Shown: piece by piece, positions 19,735-29,828 of the stretch | Numbering within the stretch: position 1 is the stretch's first letter | How the letters are laid out: each line of letters starts with the position of its first letter | UHGV virus genome: UHGV-0201141 | Strand: one strand, 5' to 3' | DNA from: a virus | Length of the DNA stretch: 32,800 nucleotides | Translations under genes and position numbers: made by a program | Notes under the pieces: model-generated | What the model saw: the letters and a program-made list of their open reading frames with translations, nothing else | The model's database searches: none | What the model was told of the DNA's origin: nothing

Positions 19735-20365
19735 GCACCTCAGCAAAGCTGTGTACTGCAAAGGTGGCAGTGATAGCGGAGCAAAAGAGCAGGCCCGCGC
19801 AACTGAAAAGGGCATCGAACTGCAGCGTGAAATGTGGCAGACGAACATGCAGAACCTTGCACCGTTCACGCCACTCGCTCAGCAGTACGTATCACAGTTG
19901 CAAAATCTTTCCTCTCTTCAGGGGCAAGGTCAGGCGCTTAACCAGTATTACAACTCCCAGCAGTACAAAGACCTTGCAGGGCAGGCGCGTTACCAGAGTC
20001 TGGCAGCAGCAGAGGCAACGGGGGGATTAGGCTCTACGGCAACCGGAAACCAGTTGGCAGCAATCGCACCTACACTCGGTCAAAACTGGCTGTCAGGTCA
20101 GATGAACAACTACAACAATCTGGCAAATATCGGCCTTGGTGCTCTTACAGGTCAGGCAAATGCCGGACAGACCTATGCAAACAATGCCAGTCAGTTGTAT
20201 CAACAGCAGGCAGCAGCAGTCGCAGCAAATGCCAACCGACCATCTACAGGTCAGAAATTGATTGGTGGAATAGGTTCTGGTGCTGCTATTGGTGGCAGTG
20301 TTGGTGGTCCATGGGGAGCAGCAATTGGTGCAGGTGTAGGCGCTCTCGGCTCTCTTCTTTACTGA
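19709..20365 (+). CDS. Ejection protein (P22 gp7-like) with Gly-rich C-terminus
   Basis: Position; Q-rich body and glycine-zipper-like tail GGIGSGAAIGGSVGGPWGAAIGAGVGALG. Confidence 0.6.
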   Translation: MLIFQIANKHLSKAVYCKGGSDSGAKEQARATEKGIELQREMWQTNMQNLAPFTPLAQQYVSQLQNLSSLQGQGQALNQYYNSQQYKDLAGQARYQSLAAAEATGGLGSTATGNQLAAIAPTLGQNWLSGQMNNYNNLANIGLGALTGQANAGQTYANNASQLYQQQAAAVAANANRPSTGQKLIGGIGSGAAIGGSVGGPWGAAIGAGVGALGSLLY

Positions 20366-20377
20366 TGGAGGTGAACA

Positions 20378-21790
20378 GTGGCAACTTGGCAACAGAGCAT
20401 CAACTCCGGTGGTTTTCTGGCTGGAATTGGTGCGCAAAATGAGAATGCGCCAAAGGCGAGTGATGTAAATGAGACACTGGCTTACATTCGTCAGAATAAT
20501 GAGGATGCCAGGCTTGGTCGCAACAATATCGGTCTGCAGGCTCTGCAGGGAATAACAAGCACAATGCAAGGATTGCAGCAATATGATCAGCAGAAGCAAG
20601 AGGCAGCATTCAGAAAGGATTATGCTTCTGCTATTCAATCAGGTGATCGACAGCAGGTGCGAGATTTGATGACCAAATATCCTGGTCAATTAGAGAAGAT
20701 TCAGTCTGGCATGAAGTGGGCAGACGAAGACCAGCGCAATTCTATCGGCACCTTAGCGGCTGGCGCACGCCTTGCGGCCTCGTCTCCAGAAGCAATGCAA
20801 TCATGGCTGCAAAACAACGCCAATGAGCTGGCGCGCGTCGGTGTTGACCCTAATAACGTTGCTCAGATGTATCAGCAGAATCCTTCAGGATTTGGTGAGT
20901 TTGTTGATCACCTTGGAATGGCTGCTCTTGGTCCGATTGACTACTTCAATGTTCAGGACAAGATGGCTGGTCGTGAGATTGACCGAGGCAGGCTGGCAGA
21001 GACAATCCGCAGCAATCAGGCTGGTGAAGCACTTCAGGCGAGAGGGCAAAACCTTTCCTATCAGTCAGCAATGACTGGGCACAATATCGCAGCACAACGC
21101 TTGGCTCTGGATCAGCAAGAGTTCGGGTTTAAGATGCAGCAAGCGCAGGAAAAGGCTCAGCAGTTGATTAGTGAAGCACCTAAGCTGTCAGTAAACATGG
21201 AAAAAGGCATCGAGACGGCCGTAAACAATGCTACAGCATCATCAAACTCAGCCAATTCTATGAGTGCGCTTGCTCAACAGTTCAGAGCAGAAAAACCAAC
21301 GACAGGTTTGTTCGGTAACGCACAGAACATGTTCGCAAAACTTACCGGAAGCGATACGACATTGCGTGATTTGCGCATTCGCCAAAATGCCCTTGTTAAC
21401 AGTCAGGTTCTTAAATTCCTACCTCCCGGCCCAGCAACGGATAAAGACGTTGAGATCGTTCGGCAGGGTGCGCCAACTGACATGGATAATCCTGAGACGG
21501 TCGCAAGATGGCTTGATGCGATGGCAAACCTTGAGCGACGAAACGCGCAGTTTAATGAGTTTAAAGCCGAGTGGATGAGCGCGAATGGCAACCCAGGACA
21601 ATCGCGCAATGGCGGTCAGATATTGGGGTTGGATGTTAAAAAAGGTGAATCATTGGGGAGTGCCGTTAAGCGGTATATGTCAATGAATACTGACGCAGCG
21701 CCAGCACAAGATTCGACTCCTTCAGGAGAACCACGGAATCAGGTTGGATCATATACCTCAAAATCAGGCATTCAATTTACGGTGGAATGA
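20378..21790 (+). CDS. Ejection protein (P22 gp20-like)
   Basis: 470 aa; position; GTG start with GGAGGTG RBS. Confidence 0.6.
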   Translation: MATWQQSINSGGFLAGIGAQNENAPKASDVNETLAYIRQNNEDARLGRNNIGLQALQGITSTMQGLQQYDQQKQEAAFRKDYASAIQSGDRQQVRDLMTKYPGQLEKIQSGMKWADEDQRNSIGTLAAGARLAASSPEAMQSWLQNNANELARVGVDPNNVAQMYQQNPSGFGEFVDHLGMAALGPIDYFNVQDKMAGREIDRGRLAETIRSNQAGEALQARGQNLSYQSAMTGHNIAAQRLALDQQEFGFKMQQAQEKAQQLISEAPKLSVNMEKGIETAVNNATASSNSANSMSALAQQFRAEKPTTGLFGNAQNMFAKLTGSDTTLRDLRIRQNALVNSQVLKFLPPGPATDKDVEIVRQGAPTDMDNPETVARWLDAMANLERRNAQFNEFKAEWMSANGNPGQSRNGGQILGLDVKKGESLGSAVKRYMSMNTDAAPAQDSTPSGEPRNQVGSYTSKSGIQFTVE

Positions 21791-23628
21791 TGAAAGTAAC
21801 TGCAAACGGTAAGACATTTACCTTTCCTGATGGTACGAGCACCGAAGATATTGGCACCGCCATTGATGAGTATTTTGCTGGTCAGGCTGTTCAGCAACAA
21901 ACAGTTAATCAGGCCAATAATGCACCAACACGGGACGAACCATCATTGATGCAACAAGCTGGCGATTGGCTCACTGGTGGTCAAAGTGCAGGGCAAATTG
22001 CAGAACAGGCTGGTCGTGGTCTGGTAAACATACCATTTGACGTATTGCAGGGTGGCGCAAGTCTGATTAATGCAATCAGTCAGGGGCTTGGTGGGCCAAA
22101 AGTTTTAGATGATGTTTATCGTCCAGTAGACAAACCGACAGACCCATACGCACAAGCCGGTGAAACAATTGGTGGGTATTTAGTTCCAGGAGTTGGAACG
22201 GCAGGAAGCATGGCTATTGGATCGCTGGCAGAGGCCGCAAATCAGAAAGGCGATTTCGCACAAAATGCAGCCAAAAATGCCGGAGTTAACCTTGCCGCTC
22301 AGGGGGTTCTTTCCGCAGCAGCAAAGGGAATAGGGCGTGGAATAACGGCTATAAAAGGTGATATTGCGCCAGAGGTGGCGAAGAAAATTGCCACCTCAGA
22401 ATCGATGGGCGTGACACCAATGACATCTGATGTTATCCCGCCGAAAAATGCTTTCACTCGCGGCCTTACTCAGGACGCCGAGGGGGCTTTGCTCGGGACA
22501 GGCTCAAAGCGAGCGGAGCAATATGCAACGCGTAGTAAGCTGGTAAGCAATTATTTTGACCGTTTTGGTGAGTACAACCCTGATGATGTGGTGAAATCTC
22601 TGACCACCACGTTAAGGGGGCGGAAGGATGCTGCTGGCGCTGTTATCAATGACGTCACCAATAAAATGGGTAATGCCGCAGTTGATACCACAAATACCAT
22701 GAATGCTCTGAATACAGCGATCGCAAGACAGGAACGGCTTGGGACGTCTGCCAATCAAAGCCTGCTTACATCCTTGCGTAACCTACGTGAAGAATTAGCA
22801 AACCCTGCAACTGATTTGGATGTTACGTTTGATCTCTTGCGTCAGCACAGAACAGCATTTAGATCTAATGTTCAGGGAGATGCTATGGTCTTCCCCAACC
22901 AGGCAAAAGCAGCTACCAATATGGTAGAGAATGCAATGTCAAAAGACCTTCGTAACGCAGTTGCTAAAAACCTCGGTGCATCAGACGCAGCAAAATACCT
23001 TAAAGCAAATTCCGATTATGCAAACGTTTATAATAAGGTGCTTAATAAAAACATTGCCAACAAGCTCAACAAGGCAAGCAGTGAAGCCAGTCCTGAACTT
23101 ATAAATACCGTTGTATTAAGCAGAAAACCATCTGACGTGAAACGAATCTGGAGCGCACTGGATGATAAGGGGAAAGATGCTATGCGTGCAGCTTACGTCA
23201 GCAAAATAGCGGAAAAGGCCGGGGACTCTCCAGCCAAGTTCATCACTGAAGTTAATAAGCTGAAATCTCAGTCAGGCGGTGAAATTTACAACACTATTTT
23301 TTCTGGAAAGCACATGAAAGAGCTTGATGCTCTTCATGAAGTTCTACAGCAAACAGCAAGGTCAGACACCGCAAATGTAGTAACTCAGACGGGGCAATCG
23401 CAAGCCAACAGGATAAGGACGATTGGCGCAACTGCGACCCTTGGCGTATCAATGGGGCTTGAGGCTGGTTTTGGTGCAATGATGCGCTTGTATGAGTCCA
23501 AAGCAGCAAGGAATATGCTTCTTCGTTTGGCAAACACCAAAGCAGGAACACCAGCCTATGAAAGAGCGATAAATAACGCTGCGAATGCCATCAGACCGCT
23601 GTTTGCTACTGAGGCAACACAGCAGTAA
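21787..23628 (+). CDS. Ejection protein (P22 gp16-like)
   Basis: 613 aa; position; ATGATGA overlap with upstream gene. Confidence 0.6.
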   Translation: MMKVTANGKTFTFPDGTSTEDIGTAIDEYFAGQAVQQQTVNQANNAPTRDEPSLMQQAGDWLTGGQSAGQIAEQAGRGLVNIPFDVLQGGASLINAISQGLGGPKVLDDVYRPVDKPTDPYAQAGETIGGYLVPGVGTAGSMAIGSLAEAANQKGDFAQNAAKNAGVNLAAQGVLSAAAKGIGRGITAIKGDIAPEVAKKIATSESMGVTPMTSDVIPPKNAFTRGLTQDAEGALLGTGSKRAEQYATRSKLVSNYFDRFGEYNPDDVVKSLTTTLRGRKDAAGAVINDVTNKMGNAAVDTTNTMNALNTAIARQERLGTSANQSLLTSLRNLREELANPATDLDVTFDLLRQHRTAFRSNVQGDAMVFPNQAKAATNMVENAMSKDLRNAVAKNLGASDAAKYLKANSDYANVYNKVLNKNIANKLNKASSEASPELINTVVLSRKPSDVKRIWSALDDKGKDAMRAAYVSKIAEKAGDSPAKFITEVNKLKSQSGGEIYNTIFSGKHMKELDALHEVLQQTARSDTANVVTQTGQSQANRIRTIGATATLGVSMGLEAGFGAMMRLYESKAARNMLLRLANTKAGTPAYERAINNAANAIRPLFATEATQQ

Positions 23629-23652
23629 CGTATGGGAAATTGGATTCAATCG

Positions 23653-24042
23653 CTAACATTTTCTTTTTACTTTTCCAACAAAAGCTTTGGTTGAATCCAT
23701 ATTTCCATAACCGGAAATGGTTTTTGACATTAAAACTGTTCCAGTAGGATGTATTACCCATGAGTCGATAACGCGTTGAGTTTCGCCATTCGCGCCGATT
23801 CCTATGATGGAGTTTTTAGACAATGCTTTGTAAGCCATGCCGCCCGCATCTGTCCCAGAATATGTGATGCTGGCATCTTCACCGTTTGTCTTAATGATGA
23901 ATGTTCCACTAAAACCATCTTCTTCCGGATGGAAATTATTTCGTTCTGAATAGCTTATTCCGCGCATATCTCCAACGACCCAGCACTCTGCTGTAGCCCC
24001 AAAAGATATGAATAAGAACATAGCAGTAAGAAATTGCTTCAC
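23653..24042 (-). CDS. Small secreted protein of unknown function (signal peptide, two Cys)
   Basis: GTG start at 24042 with AAGGAGG RBS 5 nt upstream; N-terminus MKQFLTAMFLFISFGATA then E, a typical Sec signal peptide. Confidence 0.6.
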   Translation of the reverse strand: MKQFLTAMFLFISFGATAECWVVGDMRGISYSERNNFHPEEDGFSGTFIIKTNGEDASITYSGTDAGGMAYKALSKNSIIGIGANGETQRVIDSWVIHPTGTVLMSKTISGYGNMDSTKAFVGKVKRKC

Positions 24043-24102
24043 GCCAACCTCCTTAGTTTTGAGCAGGATACCAGATGATAATGTGTCGCTTCCTAAAGGA
24101 TA

Positions 24103-24744
24103 TCAAAGCAACGGGATTTCAAGGTAAACTGCGGTTGCCAAAATACTAACATCTTCATTTCTAACAAGAATATTAGGATACATTGGGTTTAGGGATACTA
24201 GGTTTGTCTCTATTTCACCAATGTAAACCTGTTTGAAGCTCAATATTTGCTCTTTATCCAATGATGCTATTACATAATCTTTGCTTTTAGCTTTTACTAG
24301 AGGGCTGAACGTGACAACCGATCCTCTGGGAAAGCTAATACCTGAACTTGTAGTCATAGCTTCACCTTCAATAGTCAATGCAAATGCAGAGTCACCAACA
24401 TTGTATATTGCCGGATGAAATCTAGACGATGAATGTTCACCTGTGTTTAGGTAATGCATAACTTCATCTAGTTTGAGGATTGGTATTTGCTTTACCAGAA
24501 CGTCAGGCATGACGTTTTTTGTTCCCGGACCCTGACCTTCACCCAGAGCTAACCACTCAGCTGTAGTACCTAATGCGTTGGCTAATGCCTGCAATACCCG
24601 AAGCCGTGGTTTAGCCTCACCACCCTCGTATGCTGCTATTTGACGTTGAACAACACCAGCTAATTTTGACAACTGCGCCTGCGTCATACCCCTGGACTGT
24701 CTTGCCAGAGATACTCTTGATGGGAATTGATCGTCAAAATTCAT
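24103..24744 (-). CDS. CI-like repressor (HTH_XRE N-domain plus S24/LexA-like C-domain, apparently non-cleavable)
   Basis: N-terminal HTH (MTQAQLSKLAGVVQRQIAAYEGG); C-terminal segment DSAFALTIEGEAM...SFPRG...FKQV...LNPMYPNI parallels the lambda CI C-domain as I recall it, but with Ala where the catalytic Ser would be. Confidence 0.75.
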   Translation of the reverse strand: MNFDDQFPSRVSLARQSRGMTQAQLSKLAGVVQRQIAAYEGGEAKPRLRVLQALANALGTTAEWLALGEGQGPGTKNVMPDVLVKQIPILKLDEVMHYLNTGEHSSSRFHPAIYNVGDSAFALTIEGEAMTTSSGISFPRGSVVTFSPLVKAKSKDYVIASLDKEQILSFKQVYIGEIETNLVSLNPMYPNILVRNEDVSILATAVYLEIPLL

Positions 24745-24765
24745 TAGTTCACCATAAAAAATTCA

Positions 24766-24794
24766 TTGACTCATACTGAGTGTGAGTGAATAAT
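24766..24794 (+). promoter_or_regulatory. Candidate sigma70 promoter for the arc-like/antirepressor operon, with palindromic operator-like site
   Basis: -35 TTGACT (24766-24771), 17-bp spacer, -10 AATAAT (24789-24794); palindrome ACTCA-TAC-TGAGT at 24769-24781 overlaps the -35. Confidence 0.5.
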
Positions 24795-24843
24795 CAAACT
24801 ACAAAAAGTGAGATTATGAGTTTTTTAAAAACAGGAGTGCATA

Positions 24844-25017
24844 ATGACTGAAAAGATATCTTCCATCAAGCCGCGTCAGGTTCGTTTTACAGAAAAGGTT
24901 GATTCACATATCCGCGAATCAGCAAAAAGATGCCATAGGTCAATTCAGGCAGAGATAGCTTATCGAATGGAGTTATTGATGAAACTTGAGGCAAAGGGCG
25001 ATGTTGTCATCCAATAA
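24844..25017 (+). CDS. Arc-like ribbon-helix-helix protein (57 aa, below track cutoff)
   Basis: ATG at 24844 with AGGAG RBS; small basic product with predicted N-terminal strand then helices, resembling Arc/Mnt-type RHH repressors; directly upstream of the antirepressor. Confidence 0.55.
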   Translation: MTEKISSIKPRQVRFTEKVDSHIRESAKRCHRSIQAEIAYRMELLMKLEAKGDVVIQ

Positions 25018-25090
25018 AAATAGTGAAGCCCGGCAGTGCGCGAACACAAACCGGGCCTCTATGTCAGTAACCGTATGCAAGGAAACTAAC

Positions 25091-25717
25091 ATGAATATTG
25101 TAGCAAAATCAGATTACAACTTCCACGGAGTTGAGTTGGTGCCCACCCGTGATATGCATGGTGTTTGGTTTACGTCATCTAATATTGCATCTGCACTTAA
25201 ATATGCAAATAGCCGTGCAGTAACAATGATTTATAACAAGTATAGCGATGAGTTTAGCACCGGAATGACTCAGGTACTCGAAGTGAGTACCTCAGGAAAT
25301 TATCGCAAAAAAGTGCGAGTTTTCTCACTACGCGGTGCCCACCTAATCGCGATGTTTGCTCGCACTCCGGTAGCAAAAGAGTTCCGCCGCTGGGTGCTGG
25401 ATATTTTGGATCGGCAGGCAGAATGCTCACCGATTGCAAAACAGTTTACTGACGAAGAACTGGTTAATCTCTGCTACTTACAATTGTGGATGGAGAAGAG
25501 TCAACAAATGTGCAAACACATCTACCCAGGAATGAAGCAAATTTGTTCTGAGCTTTCAGGAAGGATTTACGATATCGCATATGAGACTCGCTATATGTCA
25601 GAAGAAACCAAGAAATCACTTCTTCGTGAAATGAAGAATCTTGATACCAACAATTTTGTCGTAAAGAACGCTCAGCCAATGCTGGCAAAACTGCGCGGCG
25701 AGGAATGGATTCATTGA
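25091..25717 (+). CDS. Antirepressor, Bro-N domain family
   Basis: N-terminus MNIVAKSDYNFHGVELVPTRDMHGVWFTSSNIASALKY fits the Bro-N pattern; AAGGA RBS; the track start at 24986 overlaps the arc-like gene and is rejected. Confidence 0.65.
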   Translation: MNIVAKSDYNFHGVELVPTRDMHGVWFTSSNIASALKYANSRAVTMIYNKYSDEFSTGMTQVLEVSTSGNYRKKVRVFSLRGAHLIAMFARTPVAKEFRRWVLDILDRQAECSPIAKQFTDEELVNLCYLQLWMEKSQQMCKHIYPGMKQICSELSGRIYDIAYETRYMSEETKKSLLREMKNLDTNNFVVKNAQPMLAKLRGEEWIH

Positions 25718-25805
25718 TTGGTGCGCCGGACGGCGCAAAAAGAAAACCGCCAGTGTGCTGCTGGCGGCCTATGTCACACCCTTACTACCACATAAGGAAT
25801 GCCTA

Positions 25806-26534
25806 ATGACTTTTAAGAATGTAGCAAACATCGGATCCGTTGTCACGGATAAAACCATTGACAGCCAGCGCCTTCTTGAGATGGTAAATCAGGCTCGTAG
25901 ACAGTGCGGTGAGCCGGAGGTTCGTAATAACAAATTCATCGAGAAAATTGAAGATGAATTGGATGGAGAGCACTACACAAAAAGTGTAGTGCAAAAAGCG
26001 AACAAAACTTCGATGGTTATCATTGAGATGTCAATCAAGCAAGCATTGCGAGTTGCCGCTCGCGAGTCAAAAGCCGTTCGCCGCTCACTGGTAGACCAAC
26101 TTGAAAGTATGCAAGAAGCGCACATTAAAAGCGGTAAATCAGCGAGTGGACTTGTTGAGTATCGTCAAGCGCGAACATTGAAAATGACGGTTGAAGCTGT
26201 TACCAATCTGTTCGATCTGATGCCAAATCTTGCGCCTGAGGCAAAGCAGACAGCGGCAGCAAGTATAATCAACCCGCTCGTTGGTTTTAATGCAATACCT
26301 CTTCCGGCAATAGAAGAGCATTACTACTCAGCAGGGGAGGTTGCAGAGCAGCTTGGAGTAACGGCCAACAAGATTGGTCGCATTGCTAACGCAAACAACC
26401 TCAAAACTGAGCAGTACGGGAAGTTCTTCCTGGATAAATCGGCGCATTCCAGCAAACAGGTAGAGGCGTTCCGTTACAATTCTGAAGGCGTTAAAGCACT
26501 ACAACACCTACTACATGGCTCAAATGTGGCGTAA
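25806..26534 (+). CDS. Hypothetical protein (possible antirepressor-associated or DNA-binding protein)
   Basis: ATG at 25806 with AAGGA RBS; track start at 25755 is a GTG inside a hairpin; last gene of the + strand operon before a terminator. Confidence 0.5.
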   Translation: MTFKNVANIGSVVTDKTIDSQRLLEMVNQARRQCGEPEVRNNKFIEKIEDELDGEHYTKSVVQKANKTSMVIIEMSIKQALRVAARESKAVRRSLVDQLESMQEAHIKSGKSASGLVEYRQARTLKMTVEAVTNLFDLMPNLAPEAKQTAAASIINPLVGFNAIPLPAIEEHYYSAGEVAEQLGVTANKIGRIANANNLKTEQYGKFFLDKSAHSSKQVEAFRYNSEGVKALQHLLHGSNVA

Positions 26535-26553
26535 CATTTTATAATGAAAACTA

Positions 26554-26577
26554 AACCCGCTTAATCGCGGGTTTTTT
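26554..26577. terminator. Terminator hairpin between convergent genes
   Basis: Stem AACCCGC / GCGGGTT followed by TTTTTT on the + strand; overlaps the stop codon of the mnt-like gene. Confidence 0.6.
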
Positions 26578-26818
26578 CTTTCCTTAGAATTTCAGCCGCA
26601 ACTTCTTTTACTCGTTCCGAGATTAATGAGGCCAGCCTCTCTTCTTCATCACGATACCCGCTTACAGGTGATGGTTTGGAGAGCGATTCTTCCATCGTAG
26701 CCACAATTTCGGAATTGATAGACCTGTTATTCATTTTTGCACGTTGCTTAATCTTGGCGTGCAACTCGTGCGTAAGCCTCAAGTGGAACTGCGCCTCATC
26801 GTATTTGCTGTACATCAT
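26561..26818 (-). CDS. mnt: Mnt-like ribbon-helix-helix repressor
   Basis: 85-aa product with F.LR...E...K.K.RA..N.RS.NSE...LSKPSPVSGYR...ERLA pattern resembling P22 Mnt as I recall it; the 217-aa track ORF is an over-extension across the tailspike start. Confidence 0.7.
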   Translation of the reverse strand: MMYSKYDEAQFHLRLTHELHAKIKQRAKMNNRSINSEIVATMEESLSKPSPVSGYRDEEERLASLISERVKEVAAEILRKEKTRD

Positions 26819-26950
26819 CAATGCCTCACCAAATGGGTGGAATGGCATCGTAAAACCTACTGTACAAATCAACAATCGTACCGTTTCGGTATGCAACAAA
26901 TACCAACCGTAGCCATGCTGCGGCGATTCCTTGTATCTGGAGCAAATTAA

Positions 26951-29656
26951 ATGACAGACATTACAGCCAATGTTGTAGTGAGCATGCCTTCGCAACTCTT
27001 CACTATGGCGCGTTCTTTTAAAGCCGTAGCTAATGGCAAAATTTATATCGGTAAAATTGACACTGACCCGGTAAATCCTGAAAACCAGATTCAGGTTTAT
27101 GTAGAGAACGAAGACGGTTCTCACATTCCTGTTTCGCAACCAATCATCATTAACGCTGCTGGTTATCCGGTATATAACGGACAGATTTCCAAATTCGTTA
27201 CCGTGCAAGGCCATTCTATGGCTGTTTATGATGCATATGGTGCTAAGCAGTTCTATTTTCCGAATGTGCTGAAGTATGACCCAGATCAGTTTGGCCCAGA
27301 CTTCAAAGAGCAGTTATCTCAATCAGGAGCATACATTAATGATGATTCAAAAGGTGATGCATTAATTGGGGTAAGGCAGCCATTTACCGGGGCTGTAACT
27401 ATAACTCAGCATGAAAACAATGCTCTTTTCTTAAATGTAAAACAATTTGGAGCAATTGGGGATGGGAAATATCATCCATTATCTGAGTGGTTTTCTTCAA
27501 TTTCTGAAGCAAAATCCTTATATCCTTTTGTTGACTCATTATCTCAGTCAATAGACTGGGCCGCGTGGCAAGCTGCCCTTAACACAGGAAAGGTTATTTA
27601 TGGTACTGATAATGCGTATGTAATAACGGATACGTTAACACCTGTTTCTGGTGGTGGGATAATTTGTCTTGGTGTGGGCAAATGGGTCTCAGGATATACT
27701 GCAACATTTGCTCCTGATATTACCACAGGGACCACATTCCTGATGTACGGTGTAGGAAATAAAAAATATACTGTAGATTGTGTTTCTAATATGGATGTTA
27801 GTGGTGGTGTGGTTTCTAATCCATCTTCCGAAGACCCGTATACAACAACGGCACCTGCGTCATCATATGATTTATTGGATTTTACTAACGGTGATGCTAA
27901 TGGGGCTACAAGAGCCACGCTTAAACCATTCTCTGCCGCAATATTGATGCCAGAGACAGGATGTGTTCGCCTTGAGAACTTTCGTATTGTTCCATATTTC
28001 AATGGGCTGGATGGTTATAAAGACATTGCAAATACCGGTCTTGGCGATGAGTGGGATGTAGGTATTTGGTCACGTGCGTCTTTTGGCAATGAATACCGCA
28101 ATTTGCAGGTGGTTGGATACTGGCGCAAGACGGCACTTTTAAAAACGAACATTCCTGTATCTGGCACGCTGGCCGCTCAGGGCGAGGATGAAAACTATTA
28201 TCACTGTAGATTCCAGGGATTCAAGGGTGTTTCGATCCGCGCCCATGATGTATTCCGAATTACAGCGGTAACGTCCAGCACTATCGAAATTCCATGGTCA
28301 GCAAGCCACACCTTCGAAACGTCCGGGGTTTTAAGATCTGTAGGCAGGAATTTCACTTATTCAGGATTATCCGTATCCGGTGATAAGTTAGTATTTACTG
28401 GAGTGTCTAACGCTTCTGAGGCAACAGTAGGTTCTACTATACGGCGAAATGACATAGATAACTTTGGTATGGCGGGAACGCAATTTTTCGATTGCTACAT
28501 TACCAGCCTGTATCACCACACACATCTGCTTGCCACATCGCAATACCTGTCTCAACCATTCAGCCGACCATCAGAGTGTATGGAGGTTTCAGGGGAACCA
28601 GTTCGCGGTGTACAGGTACATGCAGGAACCATTCAGGGATGGGATGATGTTCTTATTCATCTGCATGACTGTGGAAATATGAACTTTTACAGTACATATT
28701 TCGAAAGCCAGCAAGCATATGTAACTATAAATGGTGGTAATGCTATTGGTTATGGAGCACGTATGATAGCTTCCCGGCAATCAACAAGCTCATTACCATA
28801 TGCAGCAGGGAATACACGAGTGCTTAGAATGGTCGGGTGCTCTGAAGGCAATGGCGTTGACTGGGGTCCTGTATTTAACAACTATACAGGAGGAAGATAT
28901 AATTCTGGAGACGGTGTATTTAACCCCCGCGATGCATTTATAGACCATAAATCTCTTCCTGAGCAGTCAGGAGGTGAGTCAAGACTCGTATCACAAAAAG
29001 GAAATGCCAGAGTAGTATGTGGTGTTGGTAAAACTGTACTGCTTGGACCAACGTCAGGAGATTGTAATTTACAGAGTAATACCGGAAGTTTAAATATTAG
29101 AAGTGGGATAAGAGTAAGAGTCGGTCACGCTGATGGAACAGACTGGTGGTTGGCAGATGCTAATAAAATAGCTCCTGTTGATGATAATGTTAAAGCTATT
29201 GGACAGCCATCAAACAGATGCTCTGTTATCTATGCAGGAACCGGGTCAATCAATACATCAGATGAAACTCTTAAAACAAGATATGATATTCTTAATGCAG
29301 AGCGTGATGCCGCTATTGAAATAAAGTCAGTCATCTATAAATTTAAATTTAATGACTCAATTAATCACAAAGGAATTGAGTCGTCCAGGTATCATTTTGG
29401 CGTTGGCGCTCAAACCGTAGGGGATATTCTTAGAAAGCATGGTTTAAATCCTGAGCAATATGCTTTTTGGTGTTACGATGAATGGCCTGACGTATGGGAT
29501 GAAGAGGTGATAACTGAAGAGAGCACAGATCCTGATACAGGTGAGAAAATTTATTCTCAATATAAAACAGGAGATATGATTCTTGTAAAAAAAGCAGGAG
29601 GACGCTACGGAATTCGTTATGACGAATTGGCTATGTTTATATTAATGGCAATGTAG
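26951..29656 (+). CDS. Tailspike: P22-type head-binding N-domain, divergent receptor-binding domain, C-terminal intramolecular chaperone (peptidase S74-like)
   Basis: N-terminus [11 protein letters not shown]...[33 protein letters not shown]...LKYDPDQ matches the P22 gp9 N-domain; the last ~130 aa carry S74-chaperone-like motifs (TSDETLK...[11 protein letters not shown]). Confidence 0.8.
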   Translation: MTDITANVVVSMPSQLFTMARSFKAVANGKIYIGKIDTDPVNPENQIQVYVENEDGSHIPVSQPIIINAAGYPVYNGQISKFVTVQGHSMAVYDAYGAKQFYFPNVLKYDPDQFGPDFKEQLSQSGAYINDDSKGDALIGVRQPFTGAVTITQHENNALFLNVKQFGAIGDGKYHPLSEWFSSISEAKSLYPFVDSLSQSIDWAAWQAALNTGKVIYGTDNAYVITDTLTPVSGGGIICLGVGKWVSGYTATFAPDITTGTTFLMYGVGNKKYTVDCVSNMDVSGGVVSNPSSEDPYTTTAPASSYDLLDFTNGDANGATRATLKPFSAAILMPETGCVRLENFRIVPYFNGLDGYKDIANTGLGDEWDVGIWSRASFGNEYRNLQVVGYWRKTALLKTNIPVSGTLAAQGEDENYYHCRFQGFKGVSIRAHDVFRITAVTSSTIEIPWSASHTFETSGVLRSVGRNFTYSGLSVSGDKLVFTGVSNASEATVGSTIRRNDIDNFGMAGTQFFDCYITSLYHHTHLLATSQYLSQPFSRPSECMEVSGEPVRGVQVHAGTIQGWDDVLIHLHDCGNMNFYSTYFESQQAYVTINGGNAIGYGARMIASRQSTSSLPYAAGNTRVLRMVGCSEGNGVDWGPVFNNYTGGRYNSGDGVFNPRDAFIDHKSLPEQSGGESRLVSQKGNARVVCGVGKTVLLGPTSGDCNLQSNTGSLNIRSGIRVRVGHADGTDWWLADANKIAPVDDNVKAIGQPSNRCSVIYAGTGSINTSDETLKTRYDILNAERDAAIEIKSVIYKFKFNDSINHKGIESSRYHFGVGAQTVGDILRKHGLNPEQYAFWCYDEWPDVWDEEVITEESTDPDTGEKIYSQYKTGDMILVKKAGGRYGIRYDELAMFILMAM

Positions 29657-29674
29657 TTGCAATAAATGCAGTAT

Positions 29675-29705
29675 ATCCCGCATAAAAATGCGGGATTGTT
29701 TTTAT
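29675..29705 (+). terminator. Intrinsic terminator after tailspike
   Basis: Stem ATCCCGCAT / ATGCGGGAT, AAAA loop, followed by TGTTTTTAT. Confidence 0.75.
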
Positions 29706-29828
29706 CTGGTGTATTTATGAATTTTAAGTAAATTTTAGTATTGATTACTGCATCGCAGTTAAAGCCTCATTACCTATGAGGCAAAACTGAGACACACAAG
29801 GCTTTGCACTGGATTGCAAGGCTTTGTG

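Noticed and set aside
20093-20638. 181-aa ORF antisense to the ejection-protein genes
   Set aside because: Shadow ORF across the Q/G-rich gp7-like and gp20-like coding region.
24745-24843. LexA box (CTGT-N8-ACAG) at the antirepressor promoter
   Set aside because: Looked for and not found; the palindrome present is ACTCATACTGAGT, which is not LexA-like.
24986-25090. N-terminal extension of the antirepressor ORF (track start 24986)
   Set aside because: Overlaps the 3' end of the arc-like gene and lacks an RBS; the ATG at 25091 has an RBS and begins the Bro-N pattern.
25755-25805. GTG start for the ORF at 25755
   Set aside because: The start falls inside the GC-rich hairpin after the antirepressor gene; the ATG at 25806 has an RBS.
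26561-27214. 217-aa ORF on the - strand
   Set aside because: Only the C-terminal 85 codons (26561-26818) form the Mnt-like gene with its own RBS; the rest runs antisense across the tailspike start and has no support.
26951-29828. Phase-variable heptanucleotide repeats or an O-acetyltransferase gene near the tailspike
   Set aside because: No tandem short repeats and no extra ORF; the tailspike is followed directly by a terminator and the integrase.
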